Numbered from the stretch's first letter, positions 1-14,559 are shown. The stretch is DNA of 64,000 nucleotides from Eledone cirrhosa (GCA_964016885.1 OZ024741.1:111104001-111168000); one strand, 5' to 3'. A program made the numbers and translations. The notes: generated by a model from the sequence alone, not told the origin.

Positions 1-333
1 ATGTAAATATAAAAATTCAGGGCTAATGTCTCTGTATGTTTATAATCCACAGACAAAATATACATACATATACATACATATATACACACATATATACACA
101 CATATACATACATTCATACACACACATGCATATATACATAAACACACACATACCCACGAACACCCACACACACATATACACACACACACACACACATACG
201 TATATATTATTATTATAACTATATGGATATTGAGGCGCACACATAAACACGGCCACATACACTTACATCTAGATGCAGAATTAAAAGTAGGTAAGGGAGT
301 AAGTAATTAATGAGGGTATCAGACTCAGCATAT

Positions 334-423
334 TTATAAAAATGTATCTATAAATTTAGAAATAAAAAGAAATATAATAAAAGAAATAAACAAGTAACGC
401 ATATACTCATACATATAAATACA

Positions 424-475
<52 letters not shown>

Positions 476-905
476 CATATACACATATATATACATATAT
501 ACATATACACATATATATACACATATACATATACACATATATATACACATACGCACAACACACATATATACATATATGTACACACACATACACACATACA
601 TACACATACATATATATATATATACACATACATATATATATATACACATACATATATATATATATACGCATACATATACATATATATATACATATATATA
701 CATATATATATACACACATATATATACACACATATATATACACACACACATACATATACGTATATATACATACACACACATACCCATGTATATATACACA
801 CAACCACACACTCACACACTCAGACATACATAAATATAGAGACATACATACACACATATACATATACATATATATATACACATATATATATATATACACA
901 TACAT

Positions 906-936
<31 letters not shown>

Positions 937-1021
937 AAAATAAATACACACAGACAATTATGCACATATATACACATACATACACACATCTCTACAAATA
1001 CATATACATACATACATACAC

Positions 1022-1103
<82 letters not shown>

Positions 1104-1200
1104 TCATACACACTTATTTACATGCGCACATATGTATTTTTATACTCACATACAAACACACAAACATACATACATACTTACGTACACATACACACATCCA
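334..1200. repeat. (TA/CA)n compound microsatellite
   Basis: Alternating purine-pyrimidine tract; the ORFs here are YI/HT/CV low-complexity translations. Confidence 0.97.
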
Positions 1201-1379
1201 AGCTTACAAATACGAATAATTATGGGGGGGGGGAAGGGGGATTAAAATTATTAGTGGGAAATAGTAAATATAGGTTTCAAGGAACGTAGAATATTAATCT
1301 GCATTTAAATCATAATATTTGTTTACATTAGGAAATGGTATTTGTAAGAAAGAAGGCTAAATTATGCATTTTAATATAA

Positions 1380-2275
1380 GTAGACTATTAATTATAGGTT
1401 AATTAAAGTAAAAATAGTTAATATATTAATATCTAAGGTGTATACTACTTAGGTTTATAATATTTAAAGCGGAATTTTGAAGTTAAACAGTAGTAGAGTA
1501 TTAATTATAGCATAACTAAATTAAAAATATTAACATGATGGTATCAATTTTAGGAAATGAATTTTGTAATAGGGAAAGCCAAATCAAGTATTTCATCGGT
1601 AGTAGAATATTAATTATAGGTTAACTAAATTAAAAATTATATATTAATTTCTATAGTATATGTTAATTAGGTTTATAATAATTAAAGCAAATTTTGTATT
1701 TTTTCTATAGTGGAAAATAATTATAGGTTAACTAAAATTAAAATTAATCTATATATTTATTTGTAAAGAATATATTAATTAGGTATATATTTAAAAGTTT
1801 TTCTCAGTTTATGATTACATGATATTCTGCAATCCATCTGTATTAGAATTTTAATTTTAAGCTAACTAAATTAAAATTATAGGTTAACTAAATTAAAATT
1901 AATTTATAAATTAATTTCTAAATTGTACATTAATTAGGTTTATAATATTAAAAAGTATTTCTCTGTTATTGATTACACGATATTTTGTTATATTTCATCT
2001 GTAAAGGAATTTTAATAAAAGGTTAAATAAACTAAAATTAATCTATAAATTAATTTCCAAAGTATATATTAATTATGTTAATAATATTTAAAAGTTTTTC
2101 ACAGTTTATGATTACACAATATTTTTTAATTTCATCTGTAGTAGAATTTTAATTAAATTAAAAATATAGGTTAACTACATTTAAATTAATTTATATATTA
2201 ATTTCTAAAATATATATTATTAATTAGGTTTATAATATTTAAATGTTTTTCTCAGTTTATGATTACACGATATAA
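1380..2275. repeat. Degenerate ~120-150 bp tandem array that includes the 3' end of the GIY-YIG ORF
   Basis: Motif taattaggtttataatatttaaa..tttctcagtttatgattacacga recurs at ~2221, 2071, 1931, 1776, 1665 and 1448. Confidence 0.8.
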
Positions 2276-3646
2276 TTAATTCCTGTCGCTTATTTAATAG
2301 GATATCCTTAGATTTCATTATTTCAAATAATTCTTGGGAACACAATCTACATTCATTTCTATTATTTTGATAAGGGGTGGCTCTTTTGAGCACACTCCAG
2401 GTCATATCATATTCTATATTCTTATTTCTATAACAATTAATTTTTTCTGCTAGAGATGTTGTATTAGCCAGTGCGGCATTTTTAAAACTATGTTTGTGGG
2501 TATTAAACCTTACCTTAAAATTGTTAGAAGTAGCTCCTATATATGAGCAAATAGAATCTTTAGTTTTAACTTTACATTTATAAACTATGTTGTTAACAAG
2601 GCAATTTCCTTTTAATGGGCAGTTTGCTTTGTTTCTACAGTTACAACCTTTCGTTAATTCTGTATTTGAGGAGATATTATGGTTAGTTTGATGTATTGGT
2701 GGTATACTTATGGTTTTTTTTACATTTATATGCATTATAGGCACTTATATTTTGTTTTATGTTTTTGGTTGTTGAGTATGAGAATTTAACTGTTGATCTA
2801 TTTAAGATTTGATGGTATTTGTGGTTTGGCGGGAAGTTTTTCTCTAGGATATTAAAAAATTTTTTAGCAATATTATCCTTAATTTGTAAATTAAATGGAG
2901 CATTATACCAAGTAACTCGTCTATTACGGTTTCTATGTTGTTTATTGTTTTTATAGGATGCATCGTGATGTTTACTAGGAGGATTAATGTTAATGACCTC
3001 ACCACGCACGTTTTTAGTTAGATTTATTGATTTAGGAGTTTTAGCTTGTTTATTAGGAGTTTTATTATTAACATTTATTAGAGTTGTATGATGAGTAGTT
3101 TTTTGAGAGTTACTATACTTTATATTAGAGGAGTTAGAGAAATTTGGTTTTATGTTGGTATTTTGGGGTATAGTGTGAGTGGCATTTAGGTGTGTACTTT
3201 TCATTTGGTGTTTGTTGGTAATATTAGGTTGTATGTTTATAGTGTTATTAGTAGAAGGTATATATTCCAATCTATTTTTGTGGCCACTTCTATCTAGAGC
3301 TTCGTTATAGAAGGTCGCCATTTTATCAAATACATCTTGGTTAGACGAAAGGTTAGAAATTCTAAGTGATATATTATATGCAAGGTTTTTAAGGATAGAT
3401 TTAGGGTGATTAGATTGTGAGTGTATGTAGTGTAAGTTTTGGTTGGGTTTATGGTAAGGTTGGTAGATACCCGTAGCTAAGTCTAAAGTTATATCTAGGA
3501 AATTAACTACTTTACTTGTGTTTTCAAAAGTAATATGAAGACTATAATAGTCTTTAAGGAAAGTTCTAATAAGCTTTTCGTTTTTTTCTATTTCTGAGAG
3601 GCTAAGGTTGTTGGAAAGAAGAAGACAGTCATCACGATATAAACCA
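2220..3646 (-). pseudogene. Frameshifted PLE RT-thumb/GIY-YIG ORF
   Basis: Two overlapping ORFs (2683-3321, 2220-2744) switch frame around the T-run at ~2714-2721; the N-terminal RT is missing. Confidence 0.85.
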
Positions 3647-4128
3647 GTACGGCAATTTTTTTTCTTAGTACGGCAATAATTTTACGTTTTCTAAAATGTA
3701 ATATTTATGTATATATATTATTTTTTAATGCCAACCTTACCTACCACCATCTAAAACTTCGTTGTGTGACCTCCTTTAGCTTAATGAAAACAGACTATTT
3801 GCAAATAATGTTCAGTTTCTTGTGTGGAAGTGCCATTTACCATACAAGGAAGGCGAACAAACAAACAACAAAAAAATATTCTGCGGTGCCTTGCAGACAT
3901 TTCTTTCTGTCGGGAGCCTGCTGCATTCAATTTCTCGCTAATATATGTATTTTCAAAAATCAACCTTAAGTTTTTGATACTAAGCCTAAACAAGCGCGGG
4001 AAGAAAACTTGCATTTGAGTGATAAAGTATGATTTTTAATAATAGAACTGGCCTCAGTGTGATGCTTTTAAATATGAATTGTATTTTCTTTCTCTTTTGT
4101 GTTAAGTCTTTAGAAATGTGTTAGTTAT

Positions 4129-4160
<32 letters not shown>

Positions 4161-4294
4161 GTATATATAATTGATTAATTTCCATACTCTTGTTTGGGTT
4201 TGGTGTTTTAAAGTTAAGGACTACCTGCTCATTTTAAAAATTCATTTCCGTGTTGGCGAGTTCTCGACCCAGATTCAATCTCGCTTGAATCATT

Positions 4295-5050
4295 GTGCGC
4301 CTCAATATCCATATAGTTATAATAATAATATATACGTATGTGTGTGTGTGTGTGTGTATATGTGTGTGTGGGTGTTCGTGGGTATGTGTGTGTTTATGTA
4401 TATATGCATGTGTGTGTATGAATGTATGTATATGTGTGTATATATATGTGTATATATGTATGTATATGTATGTATATTTTGTCTGTGGATTATAAACATA
4501 CAGAGACATTAGCCCTGAATTTTTATATTTACATACACTTTTTCGACATGCGTATGCATGTGAACATACATTTTTATGCATATCTGTGAACGAAGTTACT
4601 TACATATATACACACACCTAACTGTATTTTCTTGATGAATTTTTATGTATTTCATTGGTCTATTTAAAATCTGTTCCCAAACAGACCTGTAATTTTGAAT
4701 TGTTGTTATTATCAATAAATACACTTCATTATTTCTGAAGACAGCATATATATGTGTTGGTATGTATATTCTCTTTGATATTTTGTATAATTTTGTACAT
4801 AGATCTTTTGAATATGCATGCCAATTCTAACACATATATGTCCTAGAAACGATCGTTAAATAATGAACTTTTTTTGTTTAATATAAGGAACTGTTTTATT
4901 GTTTTATTCATTATTTTTTTAATGTTTTATCTTGACTCTGTATTCCGTTTATCTTTCACCGAAAGTGATTTTTGAATGCATCTCTTCTTTCCATGATATC
5001 CGGATTACATTGAGTTCTTCATACGGATTGGACACTACCGTAAACTTTTG
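4295..5050 (+). mobile_element. Inverted pLTR copy of the Penelope-like element
   Basis: 4295-4534 is the near-exact reverse complement of 1-240; it continues into a hammerhead motif. Confidence 0.85.
4725..4867 (+). ncRNA. Type I hammerhead ribozyme with very long stem II
   Basis: Stem I ttcattattt/aaataatgaa (10 bp); core CTGAAGA 4735-4741; ~104-nt stem II; GAAA 4846-4849; palindromic stem III ACGATCGT; GUU site. Confidence 0.8.
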
Positions 5051-5062
5051 GTAGATTTATCT

Positions 5063-6186
<1,124 letters not shown>

Positions 6187-7030
6187 TTTTCTCTTTCTAT
6201 TAATTTCGCGTATATTTTTTTGACCGGCCACCTTCCTGGTGGCAAGGTTGTAAAAGAAAAGAAATTGTCATCCCTTGAATCGCAAGAATGTTTTGCAAAT
6301 TTTGAAGGTGCCAGGTATCGCAGCCATTTGCAGACTATGAATTAGGGAGCTGCGCTTTTTGTCCGCAAATCCAAGTTCAGTCATACTTTGGTCCAAGCGG
6401 GTTGGTATATAACCCGTAGCACCAATAATGATGGGTATGAAGCTAAAGGTGTATCTTGGATACTGGATTTGTAAACTCCTCATCAATGGTCCGTAGATGT
6501 CCTCCTTCTCCTGTATTTTTCTGACAACGTTTACAACAAGTGGGCAGCTGATCTCCACAACAGAACACGTTTTCAATGTGTGGTCCCAAACTACAATATT
6601 AGGCCGGTTGTGCTTTAATTTGGTGGCAGTTTTTATTTTCAGGTTCCACCAGTATTCCTTAGTGCCATCTGTCTCAATATATTCTTCCTCGTTTGTTGTT
6701 AATTTTGTTTTCCGAAGTGCGTTCCAGATGGTTCTAGCTATCCCATCGTGTCTCATGGGGAGGTAGTAGCGAGATGACATTCTTTCGCAGCTGGCAACAA
6801 TGTGGCTTACATCCTCGATCTTTGTTTTACATAGCCTACATTTATTGTCAGCTGCTGGCCCTCCTCTTTTGTGCAGCAGATATTTGGTAGGGAGTTCTTG
6901 TTCCTGTATTGCATAGAGATATCCCTCAAGGTGTGATGTCATAAACTTGTCGGAACTCCATGCCAGGCTTTTTGAGTGGTTTATCCCCTCTATGGTCTGT
7001 GTTTTACGCCTCAAGTATCCATGCACAACT
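6187..7030 (-). mobile_element. 3' fragment of an RLE-type non-LTR retrotransposon (R4/Dong-like)
   Basis: ORF 6268-7026 has a CCHC knuckle (CRLCKTKIEDVSHIVASC), RHD, and an RP(N)IVV...VVEISCP...KEDIY restriction-like endonuclease; short 3' UTR abuts (TA)n. Confidence 0.85.
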
Positions 7031-7070
7031 TTTTCTGTATGTATATATATATGTATGTATATATATATGT

Positions 7071-9470
7071 ATCATCATCATCATCATCATCATCATCAAC
7101 GTTTAATGTCCGTGTTCCACGCTTGCATGGGTTTGGACGGGGGTATTCCCACTTGAGGCAAGAGTGATTGTCTTGCTCGCATAGGACTGTCTGACAGGTT
7201 TTCTACAGTTGGATGCCCTTCCTAACACCAACCACATTTACAGTGTGGGTCTGGGAGGTTTTTACCGTGTTGCCTACACGGCCACATTACAGCGTGGACT
7301 GTGTGTTTTTTGTCGTGACACCTACACGATCTCATTTGTTTCGGCCTGGATGGCGTGGCACCGACATAACTTTACATAGAAGGGGGTGGTGTGGATGGGG
7401 TGGGGATGTTGGGATGGGGTGTATTTTGTTAGAGATGCCTACTGGCTGTAGTAGGTTTTACTATGTATTTAGGTAAGGCGGGTCTTCTCTGTTACTGAGT
7501 ACCGCCAAAGGTCTCGGTCCAGTGACATTGTCTTGGAGAGGTGTAAGTGTGTGAGGTCGGAGTTTATCAGCTCGTCCCAGGTTTTTCTAGGTCTGCCTAT
7601 TCCGTGGCTACCGTCTATCTTTATTGCCCTGCACTTTGTTATACAGCTATCGACTTTCATGCACATCACGTGTCCATACCAACGTAGCCTTCTCTCGAGT
7701 AAACAACATCTGATCCCTCTTATTTCTAATTTTTTCCTTAGTTCGTTTATGCTTTGCCATTCACGTATATTACTGTTACACATCCAGCGGAGCATGCAAG
7801 CTTCATTCCTCTCTAGTCTGCGTATATCCTCTGCACACAATGCCCAGGTCTCACTGCCATGCAACATTGCTGTTCGTATGCAGGCATCATACAACCTGCC
7901 TTTCATTTTTAGGGAGAACCCTTTAGCAGCTAATAGTGGTATAAGCTCTCTGAACTTTTTCCATCCAGTTCTGACTCTAGCTACTGTACTTTCTGAGCAC
8001 CCTCCCCCACTGCTGATTTTGTCACCCAGGTAACGGAAGCTGTCCACTATTTCTATAGAGCCCTCTGCGCAGTTGTAAGAGCTAGTATTTTGTGGGCACT
8101 TGCTGCTACTTATTGCACCAGAGCACCGGCCACATGTAAAATCTATGTTCTTAGTTAGCTTACCTGTGATCCCACTACATCTTTTATGCACCCATACTTT
8201 GCATTTGGAGTTTCTACCTACGCCTTTCCTACACACTGAGCATGGCCATTTCCCAGAAGGGACCGCCGCCTTATTTTCTTTCCTACAAACTAGAACTTTA
8301 GTCTTAGCCAGGTTAATTTTAAGTCCTTTTGATTCTAGGCCATGCTTCCATGTTTGGAATTTCTTCTCTAGCTCGGCCATTGATTCAGCTATGAGTGTCA
8401 GGTCGTCTGCGTATAGGAGTTCCCATGGGCAGCCGGTCTTGAACTCCTCTGTTATAGCCTGAAGGGCAATAATAAATAGTAGGGGGCTGAGAACAGAGCC
8501 CTGATGGATGCCAACTTTTACGCTAAACTCTTCACTATGTTCGTTGTTAATTCTAACCTTGCTGACTGTTTCTTTATACATGGCTTGTATCGCTCTCACA
8601 AGCCAACACCTAGTTTTCTAAGAGCCCACCAGATAATGGAGCGGGGGACTCTGTCGAAGGCTTTCTCCAAGTCGACAAAAGCTAAGTAGAGGGGTTTACC
8701 TTTAGCTAGGTACTTCTCCTGTAGTTGTCGTACAATGAAAAGAGCGTCTGTGGTACTTTTGCCTTACACAAACCCGAACTGCATTTCATCTAGGTCAATT
8801 CTCTCTCTGATTAGTTGTGCTATTACTTTTCCGTGACCTTCATGACCTGGTCGATTAATTTAATGCCTCTATAGTTACTCCTATCTAGGGCATCTCCTTT
8901 ACGCTTATAACAGTTAACGATGATGCTGCTATGCCAGTCCTTCGGAACAACCCCATTCTGTACGACTTGGTTAACTGTGTGTGTGACCATGGTGTGTCCC
9001 ACCGTGCCAGATGCCTTCAGCATCTCAGCGACTATTTCCGAAGGCCCAGCCGCCTTACCCGTCTTCATATCCTTGATTGCCTTACTTATTATACTCCCCT
9101 CGACTAACACTGCTGGTCCCTCTATTGGGTCGATGTGGGGGAGACTGTCTTTCTCCCATTTATTCTCCTCATTTAGTAGCCTTTCATAGTGACACTTCCA
9201 AGCTACCTTCTTATCAGCGTCGGTGATGGCAAGTACGCTGTCATCATTAAGTACACACTTCTCCCGACAATATCACGGTTTTCCTTGACACATTGCCTAG
9301 CAATCCTGAACACCTCACGTTTTTGGTCCTCGCGTTGTAGAACATGCTTGAACTTTCTTTCCTCTGCTTCCCTTCTTGCGAAGTACACTTGTCTCCTAGC
9401 TTCCCTCCTGGCCACTTGATAGTTTTCTCTACTTCCCCCATCCCGCCATACTTTCCAAGCCTGCTTTTTG
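7071..9470 (-). mobile_element. 5'-truncated, frameshifted RTE-clade LINE (subfamily A)
   Basis: NYRGIKL, QGSVLSPLLF, YADD, RLRWYGHV, GRPRKTW; (GAT)n tail at 7071-7098. Confidence 0.92.
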
Positions 9471-9601
9471 GATATTTATATATATATATGTATGTAGATA
9501 TATGTATATGTATGTAGATTTATGTATATGTATGTAGATTTATGTATATGTATGTAGATATATGTATATGTATATAGATATATGTATATGTATATATATA
9601 T

Positions 9602-9633
<32 letters not shown>

Positions 9634-9664
9634 TATTATGTATGTATATATATATGTATGTATG

Positions 9665-10390
9665 TAACTTTGATAGGTTTCAGCCAGTATTGGCCCAGGC
9701 CATGTCTAATTTAATAGCACCACCTGGCGAAGTCTTATAAATCAGTGTTTGGGCACCATGGCCCACTCGAGAAGAGAGTTATTGTTTACGGAGGTATATC
9801 CGGGTGTAGGAGGCTTATCCGGGATTTCTTGAAGGAATCTGTCCAAAACTTCTTGAACTTGATGGGGTCTGTTTCTGTTTTGATGTGTTTTGGTGTAATG
9901 TTAAAGAGTGCAGGGCCAATTGAGGTGAAATAATTGTGCCATATTGTTGTTATGAGATGCGAGTGAGATTTTTGTCGTGGGCGGATAGCACGGGGGCCCA
10001 AGCCTTAGGTGTATATTAAAGGTGATGCCAATATCATTTGGGCAAAGCTGATGGAATATTTTTCCACATCATGCAGATAATGTAGCGCTCATGGCGAGAT
10101 TGGTGAGAATAAAGTTTGAGCTTTTCTAATCGACTCCAATAGTCAAGGCCGGTCATGCCATCTATCTTTTTTGTAATCGATCTTTGGGGTGCTTCAACTT
10201 TCAAGATACTTTGTTTCATGTGGGGAGACCACAGTGGACAATAGTATTCAAGGTGGGGTCGGGCAAAAGTGGAGAAGAGAAGGAGAGCAGTGTGGATATC
10301 TTTCGACTGGAAGGTTCTGAGAATCCAGGAACACATTCTGCGGGCCATGTCAACGTTTCTGTTTATATGAGTGGTCCAGCTTATGTTGTT
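9665..10390 (-). mobile_element. 3' fragment of a CR1-group LINE
   Basis: ORF 10034-10348 reads RPHLEYYCPLWSPH...EAPQRSITKKIDGMTGLDYWSRLEKLKLYS, typical of the CR1-type RT C-terminus; frameshifted. Confidence 0.8.
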
Positions 10391-10744
10391 GTTTTTTATA
10401 CAGGTAGCATATCTTGAAATACTTTAATATACAAAATCTTATCTTGCACACCAAAACTTCCAATCTCCCACTATTTTCTGTTCAGTTGCTCATCACCCAC
10501 TGGTGGGTAATATCACCCAGGTTGGGAAAATCTGGTCTACACTAATTACTGATGGAAAACTTTATTTTTTAGCTTATTGTATTTCTGTTTTTTATTTGGT
10601 TTTATTTTTTTGTGCTTTCTACTTCACTTGGCGTTATTTTTTATGTCAGCAATGTTCGCTTGATGGTCAAATTTTCTAAAGAAATGAACATTCCCACACA
10701 CTCTCATATTTACATACACATACACATACATACAGTGTTGTAAT

Positions 10745-11000
10745 GATGAACTACTGGTACCACAATAAAAAAACACCTAGTCCACCCAGTAAGGCGGTAG
10801 TGCTTGTGCTACAGAAATAAGCATCCAGTCAATACAACAGAGTGGTATTGCTTGTGTCAGCGATAATCACCCAGTCCACCATGTAAGGTGGTAGTGCTGG
10901 TGCCTTGGCGATAAGCACCGAGTGAGCACAGTAAGGTGGTAGTGCTGGTCCTAAAGCAATAAGTATCCAGTGGACACTGTAGGCTGGTAGTGCTTATGCT
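10745..11000. repeat. ~43-45 bp tandem repeats related to the RTE 3' UTR repeat
   Basis: Units like taagcatccagtccacactgtaaggtggtagtgctggtgc; inverse counterpart at 28010-28255. Confidence 0.7.
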
Positions 11001-11301
11001 CCCTAGATTAGATATAAAAAACCTCACAAAAAAAGAACATTTTTATGCTGTTTATAGCCTTGACAAGGCCCATTAACCTTCAAACACTTTTTTTTGTTGA
11101 AATATGGTTTTTTTCCTCATATAAATCAACTAAGAGAAGATCAAGAACAAGTTTGCCAGTAAAATTAAAATATGACCTCAAGATAAACTCACCAACGTGG
11201 GGAGCAAAAAAAGATCACACTTTAAATTGGGTCAGGTGATGTCATCTAAGAACTTTGACAATATGTCTTAGACAAAGTGGCGCGGAAGATGTATATATGT
11301 T

Positions 11302-12825
11302 TCATCATCATCATCATCATCATCACCGTTTTACGTCCGTTCTTCCACGCTAGCATGGGTTAGACGGGTTGTCCTGTTGTGGGCAGTATCTGGTCGGCTG
11401 ACCATGCCTTGCTCATACAGGAACTGATTTTGGCTTGATTTCTACAGCTAGATGCCCTTCCTAACACCAACCTCATTTACAGTGAGTGCTGAGTGCTTTT
11501 TCCGTGGCGCCTACACGTCCACTTTACAGTGTGGGCTGGGTGCTTTTTTGCCATGGCACCTCCACGACCACCTTGCAGTGGGAGAGTGTGGGGGCATATT
11601 GTCTATATGCTTCAGCTTGTACCCATGGGAGGTCGGGTACTCTGTATTACTGCGTGACGCCAGAGGTCACGGTCGTGTGTCATTGCCTTTGAGAGGTGTA
11701 ATTGGGTAAGGTCGGCTTTTATCACCTCATCCCAGGTCTTCTTGGGTCTCACTACTCCGCAGTTTCCATTGACTTCTAGAGCTCTGCAGCTTTTTATGCA
11801 GCTGTCATCCTTCATATGCATCACATGTCCATACCAGCGCAACCGCCTCTCCTGCACACAGCATTTGATTCCTCTTATGCTCAGTCTCTCTCTCTCAATT
11901 CATTTATGCTTTGTCGTTCGCGTATATTACTATTACACATCCATCGGAGCATGCAGGCTTCGTTTCTTTCTAATCTACGTAAGTCTTCCACCTTCAGCGC
12001 CCAGGTCTCACTACCATGTAACATTGCTGTTCGTATGCACGCATCATACAGTCTGCCTTTCATTTTGAGGGAGAAGCCTTTTGCAGCTAGCAGTGGCAGT
12101 AGTTCCCTGAACTTCTTCCATCCCGTTCTTACCCTAGTTATTGTATTTTCTGAACACCCACCTCCGCTGCTAATTCGGTCACCTAGGTAGCAGAAGCTGT
12201 CTACTGTTTCTACAGATTGGTGGTACTTGTTTCCTGTGGCTGTTTGCTGCTTTGTGTCCCAGCACAGCTGCTGCATGTGAAACCTACATTCTTAATTAAG
12301 CTTCCTGAGATTCCCGCTACATCTCTTGTGTACCCATTGTTTGCATTTGGGGCAGAGAATGGAGTTCCTACCTACACCTTTCCTACATACTGAGCAAGGC
12401 CATTTCCCTGAGGGGATCTGGGTTCTGTTTTCTCATCTACTTACAAGGACCTTAGTCTTTGTCATGTTGACTTTGAGACCCTTTCTTTCTAGTCCCTGCT
12501 TCCAAGTTTGGAATTTCTTCTCTAGTTCTACCATAGATTCAGCTATAAGTGCGAGGTCATCAGCATACAGGAGTTCCCATAGGCATCCGGTCTTAAACTC
12601 CTCCGTTATTGCCTGCAGGACTATGATGAACAGGAGAGGGCTAAGAACAGAGCCCTGGTGGACACCAACCTGTACGCTAAATTCCTCGCTATACTCATTG
12701 CTAATCCTAACTTTGCTGACTGCTCCCCTATACATGGCTTGTATAGCTTTCACAAGCCATTCATCTACTCCTAGTTTTCTAAGAGCCCACCAGATTACAG
12801 TACGTGGAACTCTGTCAAAGGCTTT
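11302..12825 (-). mobile_element. 5'-truncated RTE LINE (subfamily B)
   Basis: KAFDRVPR, QGSVLSPLLF, YADDL, PHD-like Cys cluster, (GAT)n tail at 11302-11325. Confidence 0.92.
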
Positions 12826-12854
12826 ACATATATATATACATATATATACATACA

Positions 12855-14160
12855 AGAATTAAAATACTAGAGTGTGTTGGAGTTAAACACCCTCTTCATA
12901 TTATAGAAATGACAGTATAAGATATAACTCAATGTAATTAAACAGAGCCGAAGAATTATAAAAAAATAAACCAAAGAAGCCTTCAATACATCAAAAGTCT
13001 TTATTAGCCAACAATGTTTCGTCCTATTAAGGACTCATCAGGGCAAGTAAAGCTACAAGAAGCATTATCGGCCAATACAAGCCAAAAACTCAGAAGAATA
13101 GGGAGTATACATCTATTAAAGCTTAGGAAAGATATCAAGGACAAATTTGCTAAGATTAAGAGTGAGCAGTTACAAACATAGATATAGACCAAATAGCAAG
13201 GAAGTGAGTAACATGTTGAATCCACATTGCAAATATTGTATAATGCAAAAACTTGAAACACAAATGGTAATATAATGCGAGAATTACAGTACGATATAGA
13301 ATATAATATAATATAATGGATGGTGATAATAAAAAGCTTAATATATGTATATATATATATATATATATCCATACATATACACATTAGTACAAACACAAAC
13401 TAACACTTATTAAGTATTTAAATATATATATATATATATTGTTTACAGTATAATATAATAAAGATAAAAATAAAATATAATTCTCTGTCAGTGTGCATAA
13501 ACAATATAAAAACATTATAATAACATTATAATAACAATATTATAATATATTGGCATCAAAAGATATACAAAATTACATCATACATATAATTCAAGGTTAA
13601 CAAATAGTATAAAGTTTTACACAGGGTAAGAAAAAAAAATCATATAGAACTAAATTGTGTTGAAAAAATATCTATACCATTGTAACAAATACACGGAGGT
13701 CAAGTCATTTTACATTGGCATAAATATTACCAAAATATCACAAAATATTACAAAATATAACAGAACAGTACCTCAAATAACAGACATATATTAAAATCTA
13801 TAATACGATTACATAAAAATGATATGATATAACAACGTTAATATCAAATAGCAAACAGAGTCTAAGGATATGCTTAATATATATATTTACGTGGTTGACA
13901 TACACAGACATATATTAATGAAATTACATGAATCAGACAGACAGCGTGTGGTAGTAAAAAAATAAATAAAATAAACCGAAGATCGAAAAACCAAAACAAG
14001 TATATTTACTTAGGTGTCACAATGCGGTTAAGTAAAAGAAAAAAAGATAGAAATGTAAACCGGAGAATTGACTAGAAAACCTTTTTAAATTAATTAATAT
14101 TAAAAGTATTTAAAATACATATTTAGTCACTTCAAAATTGGCTAGAGTTTATATAGAGTT
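12855..14160 (-). mobile_element. Non-coding Penelope-type pLTR / hammerhead-bearing insert between (TA)n tracts
   Basis: Contains the hammerhead at 13007-13044; AT-rich with no coding capacity; boundaries approximate. Confidence 0.55.
13007..13044 (-). ncRNA. Minimal type I hammerhead ribozyme
   Basis: Minus strand: GCC CTGATGA GTCC-TTAATA-GGAC GAAAC ATT GTT GGC. Confidence 0.88.
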
Positions 14161-14187
14161 TATATATATACATACACATATATATAA

Positions 14188-14257
<70 letters not shown>

Positions 14258-14460
14258 TAACAAGTTATCGCTTTAGGTAATCCAGTTAGAGATTGTGAGT
14301 ACTCTGTACTGTGGATAATTTAAACGTACGGCGTTGTTTGACTCAACAAGAAGTTTCCTTAGTTAGGTAGTGAGTTTGCGAAAATTCCCATGCAGGTCGT
14401 TCTTGGAGTAATAGTAGTGAAGAATAACATGGTCGGCTGTACAAAAAGGGGTTTTATTTA

Positions 14461-14559
14461 CAGTATTAACAATTGTTTCATTGATCAGGTGAGTCTAAAG
14501 CCCGCTAATCACTCGACCTTAAATACAATGTGTCACTTGATCAAATCATCGGAATACTG
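14461..14559 (-). ncRNA. Hammerhead ribozyme variant (CCGAUGA core, extended stem II)
   Basis: Minus strand: CAGTATT CCGATGA t TTGATCAAGTGA..40 nt..TCACCTGATCAA t GAAACAATTGTT AATACTG. Confidence 0.78.

Larger units (their letters stand above)
1..3646 (-). mobile_element. 5'-truncated Penelope-like retroelement (Naiad-type): RT C-terminus, linker, GIY-YIG endonuclease and long 3' UTR/pLTR running off the window
   Basis: Minus strand near 3646-3400 reads GLYRDDCL...VNFLDITLDL...YHKPN..HYIHSQSNHP (PLE RT/thumb). ORFs 2683-3321 and 2220-2744 give VTWYNAPF, CNCR..CPLKGNC, YIGATSNNFKVRFNTH, CRLC..E..LLNKRQELIISCNH. Confidence 0.9.

Noticed and set aside
12555-12565. CTGATGA on the minus strand (also at ~35969 on +)
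   Set aside because: Part of RT codons; no surrounding ribozyme stems.
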